25,710 nt of DNA. It comes from a virus (Duplodnaviria > Caudoviricetes). This document shows, in pieces, positions 7,601 to 16,600 of the stretch; within the stretch, counting starts at the first letter, position 1; every line of letters begins with the position of its first letter. The stretch lies in the IMG/VR virus record IMGVR_UViG_3300048670_000852, positions 1 through 25,710 of that record. One strand, written 5' to 3'. Made by a program: the position numbers and the translations under genes. Under the pieces are notes generated by a model. The model ran no database searches. It saw only the letters and a list, made by a program, of their open reading frames with translations, and had not been told where the DNA came from.

Positions 7601-10600
7601 ATTGACTATATGCCGATGATATGGATTCACTCTTAATGTATGGATTTGTTGTATATGTTGTAGATGGTGAATTAAATGCTCCATACTTATGATTTGGAGT
7701 TGCAATTCTGAATGAAATTAAATTATTACCATTAGATGTTCCAATCACAGTTTCACCAACTGCAAATGATCCAGAAGCACCATAATTTGCTAATGTGGAA
7801 TCATTTGCTATTTCAACCAGTTTAGGAATAAAATCAACACCACTATTTCCATCGAGGAACTGATAAAATTGTGTTCCTGGTTTAAGGTTAGATGCAGAGA
7901 ATTGGGTATTCCTGGATCTCATAAATGTTTCATTGGATGAAGATAATAAAACATTTCTAATTGTTGTATCTACATCACTTGTCGTATCATAATCAATACT
8001 TTGTGTTGTATTGGATGTAGTACTAGTTGCAGTTGATGAAGATTGTGTATTTTCAACCCCAACTACCCTTTCATTTCCTCGTCTACGTATCTCAGGAAGA
8101 TTGACTGTACTTCTACTCGTAGTTTGAATAGGAGTTAGTGTAACAAACGCATTACTTACTAGATTTCTTTCAAGTGTTCTACTTGAATTCAATGTTATAC
8201 TAACATTTTTATCTGGAAGTTGAATTGTTCTTACCCAAGTATCAATTTCTGGATTTAACTTAAGATCTCCAGAATAAACTATAACATTAAATGGATTTAC
8301 ATTCTCAACTGTTGTGGCAAATGCTTGTTCAATCCATCCAATAGATTCATATTTTAAAGTTACAGAATTTCCTGTCTTTTGGACATTTGGATCTAATAGA
8401 TTGAAGTTTACTGATAAATCTAAATCTTCATCAGTAACTGCCGTTGCTGGTGCAATTTGAGACTTGAGTGAATTTCTACTGGTAATTGGTGTTAATTCAT
8501 TTGCTGCAGTATTGACTCTGATATTTGATAATTGTTTGTTAATCAAAGAATAATTTTTAAAGTCATCAACAAAAAATCCACTCTTAAATCTATTTTTACC
8601 TTCAGAATCTTGAATTTGAAGAGTTTGTGTATTGATTTCGAGTAATGATAATGAAGTAACTCTTTCCAGATTTTCAACTCTGTCCTCAATTAATCCAATG
8701 TCTCTCATTGTATATCTTCTATTATCTACTAATGAGAGAATAGCATCAGATGGATTATAAAGATATGGTGGCAACTTAATTGTTGCAATTTCCATCACAG
8801 CATCATTTTTATTTGGTGCTTTTGGATCTTTTGATGATATTCCTTTTTCAAGAATAAACTTTCCAAATTTATCAAGATATAATTTATCAATTCTTGGTAG
8901 ATAATATTCATATCCGATTAAAGAACTTTCATTTGGTGAAAGGATTAATTTTGGTTCGGTAGTAAAATTTCTTGAAGAAAAATCAAATGGTGATGAACTA
9001 CTTCCAGAAAATACAGGAACTCTTGGTCTAAAGTCTAAAGTATCTGAAGATCTTACTGATCTTGGCCCAATAGTTGGAATATCAGTTGCAAATCTATCTT
9101 GATTGTAACTTAATACAGTAAATACATCACCGTTATCATTAGATGATACTGAATAATAATCAAATACCACTAATAATCGTTTAGAAGGTTCTACCTCACC
9201 TTTATTTCTAACAATCCTCGAATAATCGTAGTATTGATCTTTTTGTCCCTTGTCTAAAGTATATGAATTTGTTATGTCCTTATACTTACCTAAAGTAATA
9301 GATTGAATTTCTGTAGTTATATTTGAATCTTTAAATGTTACAGTTTCTCCAGCTGACAATCTTTCCGAATTTAAATATACAATTCCCAAAACGTTTACCG
9401 ATGGTTTCGAAACAATCCGTGCAACTGCTTTACTAGTATTTCCTAATATATCTTCACCAATAATTGCATTTGTAGTTACACTAGCACTAGATGTAAATTG
9501 TACCTGATCTAATGTGGGTGCCAAAGAATCAAATGACTCATATACTGATATTACCTTTACCACATCTGGATAATTTAGTGATATCTCTTCATCTTGAACT
9601 CTCAATCCATAATATTGATTATATGTAAGTCCATCACCAATTGAAGAACTAATCCCACTTCCAGATTGTGAATATTTTGATAGTGATACTGATAGTGTTT
9701 TACTTCTATTATACTCTTTTATTTTGCTCTGAATTCCATTTTTAATTAAAGTTGTATTTACAGTAATATTAGTCTGTCCCGCAGTTAATCCACTAATAGT
9801 TACAGTATTACCACTAAGAGAAAATTGATCTGAAGTTATTGTTCCAATTCCACCTCCAGAATAGTGAACAGAATATCTTTCCTGATCAAATGTGGTAAAA
9901 AATGCACTAGTAATTCCAGTAATTTGGGATAAATTAAAGGTCAATACACCCGAACCATCTGTAGTTTCTCCTGTTATTTGCTCAGAAGCTGTCAACAATG
10001 AATCTGAAAGATTTACTGAAGAAATGTTGGAATCTGGCAGTTGGGCATATAGGTATCCAGCACCCTCATTTCTTATAATTGGTGCTCCTAGTGTAACTTT
10101 ATATGTTCCAACCCCAACTGTTGGTGAGTATACTCCAGAGACACCTGATCCACCTGTAGTAACAGTTAATGACCTTCCATCAGCAGAAACTGCAGTTACT
10201 CTATTAAATGTTTCATCATTGGATCCAGTTTGATATCTGATAATTGATCCAACTTTTACTCCAGTAAATACTTTTCCAGCACTTTTTACGGTTGTTCCAT
10301 CAATATTTACATCAACTACTCCATTTGGAAGTCTAAATCTTTCAAGTAAACAATCTGCATTAAAATTAGCAGGAAGTCCAGATACAGCAGTGCTCTGATA
10401 TACTGATTTAATATCTTCAGTAGAATATGAAGTTATAGTTTTAATGGATCTTGAAAAATCAATACCATTAATAATCAATTGCTCTCCAACTGAAAATGTC
10501 CCGGAAGTTTGACTTAAATTGATTGTATCTGACCCACCACCAGCAGCAACTGCATATCCACTAGCACCACTACTCTTACCCTTTACAAATGATGTTGCAG

Positions 10601-12014
10601 GTAATTCTAAACTTGAAATTGATGAATTTAAAATTAATGTTGTATATGTTTGAATATCATAAAGATAAAGATCCCAATTAGTTGCTGCATTAGTGTAAGC
10701 AGCATCTGTCAAACTAAAATTATATACTCTAGCGTCACCAATTTTAGTTCCTGCCCCTGCAAATTGATTATATAATCCTACTGAATACCTTTTTCTTGGC
10801 GTACCAGATACGTTATTAACTCTTATAATATTTCCCATTTCAAAAGGAATATTTACATTATCTACAGATTTAGTATCTCTTGGTTTTTCAACGTCAATAA
10901 TAGTAGTTGAGATTTTTTCTACGTCATATCCCCTTACATAAGCTTTTCCTGGAGATACTTTCACACACATTAAATTATCTGAAGGGGCATTTCTCTCTTG
11001 AGTTGTTTCAGTATCAAAGAACAATCCGTTGTTACCCAATCTATCATTCAATGAATTATGTATTGATGGATTAAATTGAGTTACTGCATAATCTCCAGAT
11101 TCATCATAAGTTCTTTCTGCCAAATAATCACGGATTATATTATATTGAGTTTTAGTTTCACTCTTTTTAATTTTTCCATCTTGAACTCTCAATAATTCAA
11201 CAAAATCTGTATCGTTAGTATCAGATAGTAGTTTTTTAGTTAATATTAAATTTAATTTAAATCTATCTGCCCCTGGAGCAGCATAATTTGTAAACCCCTT
11301 TGCATTATCATATAATGAATTATCATCTTTTGCACTAATGATCAATTCATCAATTTTTAATCCAACTCTATATGATGGAGTATTTGTATAACTATCAAGA
11401 ATTATAGTTTGCTTAGATACCTTTGCAAAATAACCTCTAATAAAGTAAACACCATCACCAATGGATGCTGCAGATCCTATTGAAGTTGCATTTGATGAAA
11501 TTAAAGAAGCAAAAGGAGTTCCTGCATTAATTGTGGTATTTCCATATGTTATATTTTCTTCGGCAATCAATGATTCTCCATCGACAAATGGATTGAATTT
11601 AAAATTACTATCAGAATCTAAGTATTTTACATATATTGTCAAATCTTCTACGTTAATACTATCAGGAAAAGCAACATATTGAATTGTTGCAGTTGTTCCT
11701 GATATTTGCCCAGTTATTTTTTTACCTATAAAATTATTGATATAAACCGAAATATCGACAGCAAAATTAGTTGCATTTAGTTTTACCGAATAAAATTGCC
11801 CATCATAAGCAATATTACCTGGGATCACCATTGATCCTTCTTTAAATATATGACTTCCAAAAGATTCTACTTGATTCTGTAAAATTGATTGTAAAGTCGT
11901 TAGTTCTCTTGCTTGAACTGGATACCCTGGTTTAAATAAGACTTTATAAAAATTCTTTTGGGAATCAAAATCATCATAATATGGGCTGATGTTTAAATTT
12001 GTTTTTTGTGCCAT
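4638..12014 (-). CDS. Large virion structural protein, VrlC / DUF4815-like (2458 aa)
   Basis: N-terminus NLNISPYYDDFD...VLFKPGYPVQARELTTLQSILQNQ, plus YAAPGADR, LAERTYDESGDY, PGKAYVRGY, RRYTMRDIG, RFKSGFFVDDF, DPLAQSF and QYQDLKFKLY motifs; directly follows gp8. Confidence 0.85.
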   Translation of the reverse strand: MAQKTNLNISPYYDDFDSQKNFYKVLFKPGYPVQARELTTLQSILQNQVESFGSHIFKEGSMVIPGNIAYDGQFYSVKLNATNFAVDISVYINNFIGKKITGQISGTTATIQYVAFPDSINVEDLTIYVKYLDSDSNFKFNPFVDGESLIAEENITYGNTTINAGTPFASLISSNATSIGSAASIGDGVYFIRGYFAKVSKQTIILDSYTNTPSYRVGLKIDELIISAKDDNSLYDNAKGFTNYAAPGADRFKLNLILTKKLLSDTNDTDFVELLRVQDGKIKKSETKTQYNIIRDYLAERTYDESGDYAVTQFNPSIHNSLNDRLGNNGLFFDTETTQERNAPSDNLMCVKVSPGKAYVRGYDVEKISTTIIDVEKPRDTKSVDNVNIPFEMGNIIRVNNVSGTPRKRYSVGLYNQFAGAGTKIGDARVYNFSLTDAAYTNAATNWDLYLYDIQTYTTLILNSSISSLELPATSFVKGKSSGASGYAVAAGGGSDTINLSQTSGTFSVGEQLIINGIDFSRSIKTITSYSTEDIKSVYQSTAVSGLPANFNADCLLERFRLPNGVVDVNIDGTTVKSAGKVFTGVKVGSIIRYQTGSNDETFNRVTAVSADGRSLTVTTGGSGVSGVYSPTVGVGTYKVTLGAPIIRNEGAGYLYAQLPDSNISSVNLSDSLLTASEQITGETTDGSGVLTFNLSQITGITSAFFTTFDQERYSVHYSGGGIGTITSDQFSLSGNTVTISGLTAGQTNITVNTTLIKNGIQSKIKEYNRSKTLSVSLSKYSQSGSGISSSIGDGLTYNQYYGLRVQDEEISLNYPDVVKVISVYESFDSLAPTLDQVQFTSSASVTTNAIIGEDILGNTSKAVARIVSKPSVNVLGIVYLNSERLSAGETVTFKDSNITTEIQSITLGKYKDITNSYTLDKGQKDQYYDYSRIVRNKGEVEPSKRLLVVFDYYSVSSNDNGDVFTVLSYNQDRFATDIPTIGPRSVRSSDTLDFRPRVPVFSGSSSSPFDFSSRNFTTEPKLILSPNESSLIGYEYYLPRIDKLYLDKFGKFILEKGISSKDPKAPNKNDAVMEIATIKLPPYLYNPSDAILSLVDNRRYTMRDIGLIEDRVENLERVTSLSLLEINTQTLQIQDSEGKNRFKSGFFVDDFKNYSLINKQLSNIRVNTAANELTPITSRNSLKSQIAPATAVTDEDLDLSVNFNLLDPNVQKTGNSVTLKYESIGWIEQAFATTVENVNPFNVIVYSGDLKLNPEIDTWVRTIQLPDKNVSITLNSSRTLERNLVSNAFVTLTPIQTTSRSTVNLPEIRRRGNERVVGVENTQSSSTATSTTSNTTQSIDYDTTSDVDTTIRNVLLSSSNETFMRSRNTQFSASNLKPGTQFYQFLDGNSGVDFIPKLVEIANDSTLANYGASGSFAVGETVIGTSNGNNLISFRIATPNHKYGAFNSPSTTYTTNPYIKSESISSAYSQSSKILNIDTSSLSQEAQGKYFGYLVKGMRLVGQTSGAVAYVKDLRLISDNYGDLIGAFYLKDPNANPTPTVRINTGTKTFKLTSSSTNDLGLPGSNSISSAETNYNSDGTLEQWENTVTATTNNLTTKTTTNLTTNTTQSVTTINTHTTTTVQRFVDPLAQSFVVGGNVEAPSPNSTNDDVNGAFLTAVDLFFASKDSGNATVKVEIRTVELGTPTRVVIGNPVTLRPDQVNVSSNGETATKVTFDEPIYLPPGREYAVVIISENSDQYELWTAVMNEKTVNTQSLPDADSVTYSKQFSMGSLFKSQNGSIWTANQYQDLKFKLYKAQFTSSTGTAFFYNPTLDESNGYVQRLGNNPLTTLPKTLAVGITTTTSASLISNLSKGRKVVDGSKSYVYGYVVGTGSSVSLAGLTTGGSNYPNIDTNVLTYNITGSGSGLVLSITSTDGVITGISTVTPGNGYAIGDVVGIVTSSVSSNTGKDARITINAIGNSLDTLYLSNVQGQSFTVGAGVSYYDNNNALVSLASTFIRSSSNSGNQYSGNFMRVDHFDHGMYGNTNKLSIRDAQSSTAPTILTVTLTSQEVSTVSIADTSNFATFEGIAVGANNPGYIKIENEIIAYTSVGSGTLTISASGRGIDSTIVVPHDINSAVYKYELNGVSLRRINTTHDISDLDIGMDRYYIEIDRTANGTNRSSDGTPSSMPQLSFTSETNLGGSKVLATENIQYSSIVPHYDIVTPGSSTSATAIVRTTSGTSVGGNETSFLDNGIEPIQLNALNPLKSIRLVCSKENETAYLGNLPRNKSFTTGITLNTSDNNLSPIIYLNTAFTEFISSRLNNPISDYASDGRVNSVLNDPHAAVYVSNTVNLTQPSTTLKVILSAYRHSSADFRVLYSLIRPDSSEVDQSFELFPGYDNLKYTTEDGYKVVDNSKNSGLPDTFVSPSLDNQFLEYQFTADNLGLFSGYTIKIVMSGTNQAYPPRIKELRTLAVR
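7140..7260 (-). repeat. Thr/Asn-rich low-complexity segment within the VrlC-like gene
   Basis: Plus strand is almost all G/T (ttgttgttgt..., tgtatttgttgttagg...), encoding TVTATTNNLTTKTTTNLTTNTTQSVTTINTHTTTTVQR. Confidence 0.75.
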
Positions 12015-12019
12015 TTTTT

Positions 12020-13591
12020 TTAGAATTCCAGAATAATTTTAACGTCTTCTTTTTGTCTGATGTCTCTTTCTACCAGGGGTCTGTTATCAATATAAATTAT
12101 ATCTCCTGTCTTTTTATTTATCTCTGGATTTGCGAGACCATTTTTAAAAGTTACTCCTAAATCTATGACTTTACTTCCAATTGTAATTTTATTGTCATTA
12201 AGTGATGTATCAATAGATGCTGTAAAAGTGCCATTCACACTTACAATATTTCCACCATCAGATCGGAAATCATATACATTAGAATCTGCAGTAACTGAAT
12301 TATAATCAGTTTGATCAGTTGCATTTCCAAAATATAAAGACCTATCTCTAAAATATTTCAATATTTTTGTTTCACTATCATATGATGCTACATATCCTTT
12401 TGCAATTTTTCCATCTGCTCTTATTTGTTTAATTTCCCCTCCAACGACTGGAGTTCCAGTAATTCCTGAAGTGACTTTTACCGAATAAAGTGATGAATAT
12501 TGATTTTCTTTAAAAATTGTATCTGAAGTAAACGTAGTGGGATTTTTTATAATTCCTACTTGGGAAAATTGTGTATCTATTGGAAAATCTTTAGTTGAAT
12601 CATCAAATCTTGCATATACCAATACTTTATCAGTACCCAATTCCGAATAGATATCATACCCATGCCCCTTCGAAGGTGGGATAATTGGTATTAATTTTGC
12701 TGGATTTGAAATACTTCCGGATGGTTGAAGACTTCCCAAATCAACAACTCCCCAAGTATACCCACTACCACCAGAAACAATAACAGCAGAAGTTATCACA
12801 CCACCAGTAGTTGTAACTGATACCTTACCACCAGAACCGTCACCAAGAATATCTACCGGAAAAGTTCCTGAACCATAATTGGATCCACCATTTTGAATGT
12901 ATACCTTTTTAATTTGATTTAAATTAATATTAGAATTTCCTGCCTCTCTAACAGAAACAATTTGAGAATTTGTTGATGTTGCCCAGTCGTTAGGGACAAC
13001 AATGTACTCGGTTGAATCAAATTTTATGATATCACTGGGAGAAACTGAAAAAAGATATTTCCAAACATATCCATCTCCACTTATTCCTGCCGCGGATGGT
13101 TCTAAATCTGTAAATGTTGGTTCATCTTGTGAGTTATTTCCCTTTAAATTTGCTCCAGAAGATCCATTGTCTATACAAATATAAACTCTATAATCACTAT
13201 TAATTACATAATAATTTGAGTCGTATAATCTACTTGAATTTGAATTTGGTGTTGGATTTGAGATATTATAATCATGCCTATACATATCATAAGAACTATT
13301 GGAAGTCCAAGTAATTCTTCTTATAAGTCTTCTAATATTACTGCCAGTAATTTTTTTGCCAAATAATGCAGTATCCTTATAATGTCCAGAATATTCAAGA
13401 TTGTCTGTTGGACTTGGTACATCATTATCCCAGTTAGTACTTCTACCAAATCCATTAGTTGATGGAATATTACTTCCTGGGTTATCTAATCCCAAAAAGA
13501 CATAATATGAATTATCGAGATTAGATACTACAGAGTCTACAAAATTACTCGCATTCAATATTCTAAATTGGTCTGTTACGACTGCTGCCAT
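12020..13591 (-). CDS. gp8: Baseplate wedge subunit (T4 gp8-like)
   Basis: 523 aa with VVTDQFRILNA, YDMYRHDY, YRVYICIDNG, DGYVWKYLF and a C-terminal GDIIYIDNR...RQKEDVKIILEF; follows gp7. Confidence 0.92.
   Translation of the reverse strand: MAAVVTDQFRILNASNFVDSVVSNLDNSYYVFLGLDNPGSNIPSTNGFGRSTNWDNDVPSPTDNLEYSGHYKDTALFGKKITGSNIRRLIRRITWTSNSSYDMYRHDYNISNPTPNSNSSRLYDSNYYVINSDYRVYICIDNGSSGANLKGNNSQDEPTFTDLEPSAAGISGDGYVWKYLFSVSPSDIIKFDSTEYIVVPNDWATSTNSQIVSVREAGNSNINLNQIKKVYIQNGGSNYGSGTFPVDILGDGSGGKVSVTTTGGVITSAVIVSGGSGYTWGVVDLGSLQPSGSISNPAKLIPIIPPSKGHGYDIYSELGTDKVLVYARFDDSTKDFPIDTQFSQVGIIKNPTTFTSDTIFKENQYSSLYSVKVTSGITGTPVVGGEIKQIRADGKIAKGYVASYDSETKILKYFRDRSLYFGNATDQTDYNSVTADSNVYDFRSDGGNIVSVNGTFTASIDTSLNDNKITIGSKVIDLGVTFKNGLANPEINKKTGDIIYIDNRPLVERDIRQKEDVKIILEF
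12115..12122 (-). promoter_or_regulatory. Putative late promoter GATAAATA inside the 3' end of gp8, upstream of the VrlC-like gene
   Basis: Minus strand reads GAG ATA AAT AAA (E-I-N-K), about 100 nt before the ATG at 12014. Confidence 0.55.
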
Positions 13592-13608
13592 ATTAATAGT
13601 TTTTTAGA

Positions 13609-13616
13609 TATTTATA
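13609..13616 (-). promoter_or_regulatory. T4-type late promoter TATAAATA overlapping the gp7 stop codon
   Basis: Exact consensus (TTA TAA ATA), about 17 nt before the gp8 ATG at 13591. Confidence 0.85.
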
Positions 13617-16600
13617 AGAGTTTTGGAAGTGCTCCAGTACCTCTTAACCCAACTCCCTGCGTAGAATTACTTCTTCTTTGAATTGTAGGGAATGTTGATA
13701 GTCCAACATCCACAGTATTACCAGAAACTCCTATCGAAATTGGAGAACCTGATCTAGTAAACCCTGACAACCTACCCCAAGAGAATTTACCTACAGGATT
13801 TGATACACTGCCAATAGATGTAAGTCCAATTACAGATGTAGTTGATCTTATATTACATGTAATAATTCCAATAGTACCACTTGAGGAAATCTGATGAACA
13901 TAATAAATGTTATCTAAGAATGTGGAACCAATACCGACAACTGCAGTATCTGAATCGTTAATAGAAGTTGCTCCACTTCCAATACGTGTATCAAAGATAT
14001 AAATTGGATATCCAGTTTTCAATGTGGTTATAATACCTGAAGGTGCAAGATTCAAATAAAATTTAAGTGCCAATGGATTTCCACCACTGCCTACTGAAGT
14101 TGTAATTCCAGTAATAATCCCAGAAAATCCATTAACTAAAGAAATATTTGTAATATTTTCATATGTTGGATCTGGGAGTGGAACAATAACCGCTGGTGGA
14201 ATCCCAACACTGTAACCCAATCCAGGATTTGTAATTGTAATTGGTGTTGTTAGAGATCCCGCAGCAGAGACTGTAATGGTTGCTGTTGCAATAGATCCAA
14301 TACCAATACCAACTCCCATAGGCAATGAAGTTAAAATACCTACTGTTAGTGGAGCAGCAATTTTTACAATAACTGAAGAACCAGTATACCCACTTCCAGT
14401 ATTATTAATTGATAATGATTGAATTGTTCCTGCAGCAGAAACTATTGCGGTAACTCCAGCAGATATTGGGTCAGTAGTTCCAGAAACAACTAAAGAATTA
14501 AACTGTACAGGTGTTTCATAATCAAACAACTCTGCATTGTCTACAAATATTTCAGTATCTGTAGTTGAAAAGTTTTTAATAATTTTTGCTGTGGGATATA
14601 CGAGAGATTCTATTGAATCTCTTGTCTTATAAACATTTTCACCATTAATTCTTCTGTCAATTTTTTGTTTAGTCCAACTTAGTGGCTTGTAATTTTTTGT
14701 ATCTATTCCTTGGTCAGAATATAAATTAGTTTCAAATTTATCTGAGAATGATATATCAAATACTGTCCTCCCATTTTGTGTTGTTGTGATACCAGAAATA
14801 CTATTATTCTTGAGTACCTGAACAGTATCACCCCTTTTTATAGTTTCATTGATATTTGTAAATAACTTACTATCATCATCTTTGGTTCCTCTATAAAAGA
14901 AAATTGCAATATTATCTTCTGCTTTTGGTGCAGTTGCAAATACAAAAGATGTTCCACCATCAAATTGATATGCTACTCCAGGATCTTGAATTACGCCATT
15001 AATAATGATTAATAATGCATTGGCAAGATTTACCTGAGAATTGTTAGATTCAAAACTCAATAGTTTATTATTATAATATAATGGAAATCTAGTTCTAACA
15101 CCATCTTGATAATTTAAAATTGAGTCAATGTAATCAAATTCTCCAAATTGCCAAGCAGCAAAAGAATCTGTAAATGTATCAATAACAGTTAATTTAAATT
15201 CGGATAGTGGGGATCCTAGTCTTACATCAGTAACTAGACCAACTGGTTTAAATACATCTCCACGTTGAAAATTATATCCTTGCCTAGAAATATTAAATTT
15301 AGTTACTTCATAATATACTGATCCTATTCCAGTAGTTGAACTTGCACCAACTTCAACATTTAATAAAAGACCAGTTCCAGTAGATGTTGTTGTACCTATA
15401 CCTAACCTAGATACTCCTGTTACGTTAAGATTTTCATATGAAGGTTCGGATACAAATATTTTAGGATTTGTATATCCAGTTCCACCATTGATAATATTAA
15501 ATGTTAGTGTCCCCCCTGCCCCAACTGATGCTCTTATGGATGCTGCTGTACCGGTATGCCCACTTTGATATACACTTACACCTATAGAAACAATTCCATT
15601 ATATCCAGATCCAAGATTATCAGTTGTCCCCAATCCAACTGATCTGATTGACCCACCAGCACCTACTACAGCAGTTACTGCTGCCCCAACAAGAGGTGCA
15701 TATCCCAATCCAATAGATGAACCCAAAGAAATAATTATTCCACCTCTAGGAGTTTGATTTTGATTGATATCAAATTCAGAAGTAAAGATGTTTAATGTAT
15801 TTGGTTCTCTGATGCCAGAAAATACTACACTACTTATTCCTAGAGTAGAATTCTCAATAATATTAAAGTTATTTTCTGGATTATTGTCAGTTGTTGGTGT
15901 TTGGAAGATACCATTTATAAACAAAATACCATTACCGCCAGTAGAACCTAATCCAACAGTACTTGCTCCACCAACAGTTAATGTAAAAGTTCTACCAATA
16001 CCTGTAAATTTATTAGAAATATCATCATATATTTGATTAGTTGTATAATTATTTCTCAAATATACTCTTCCAGTAAAATCAGATGTTTCAAAAATTAGAT
16101 TACTAGAATCTCTTTCAATTTGTGGATTTCCTCTGGGAGGTTCGGTAAAGAAAATACTATTACCAACAATATTATAAGAACCTTTATATATTCTTGCTTG
16201 TGTTAGATCTAAATGTGATGTTGCGGATGATCCAACGAATCCTCTTGAAACTTCGACTAAAGAAATTGATCCACTATTTGTAATTGGTCCAACATTAGTT
16301 GTTCCCAAACCAACATTAACAACTCCCATATACTCATTATCAATTTTGAGAATATTTTTTGGTGCAATTGTACTTATGCCACTCAGGGCAAATAATGTAG
16401 ATTCTGTACTAATGCTACCACCATTTCCGATTAAATTGTGTGATATTGGCGTATATATTAAGGGATATTGAACCACATTATCAATAGTAATGATTGCCTT
16501 TTCATTTTTTTTATACATTTCAAGTTGATGTGCATTTCCTTCACCATTAGAAGTAAATGTGACACCTATACCCAATGCTGCATAATCCTTTCTTGTTGAT

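Noticed and set aside
12014-12021. A8 run between the gp8 stop and the VrlC-like ATG as a slippage or frameshift site
   Set aside because: It starts within the stop codon and is otherwise intergenic, so slippage would not fuse the frames; such runs are common in AT-rich DNA.
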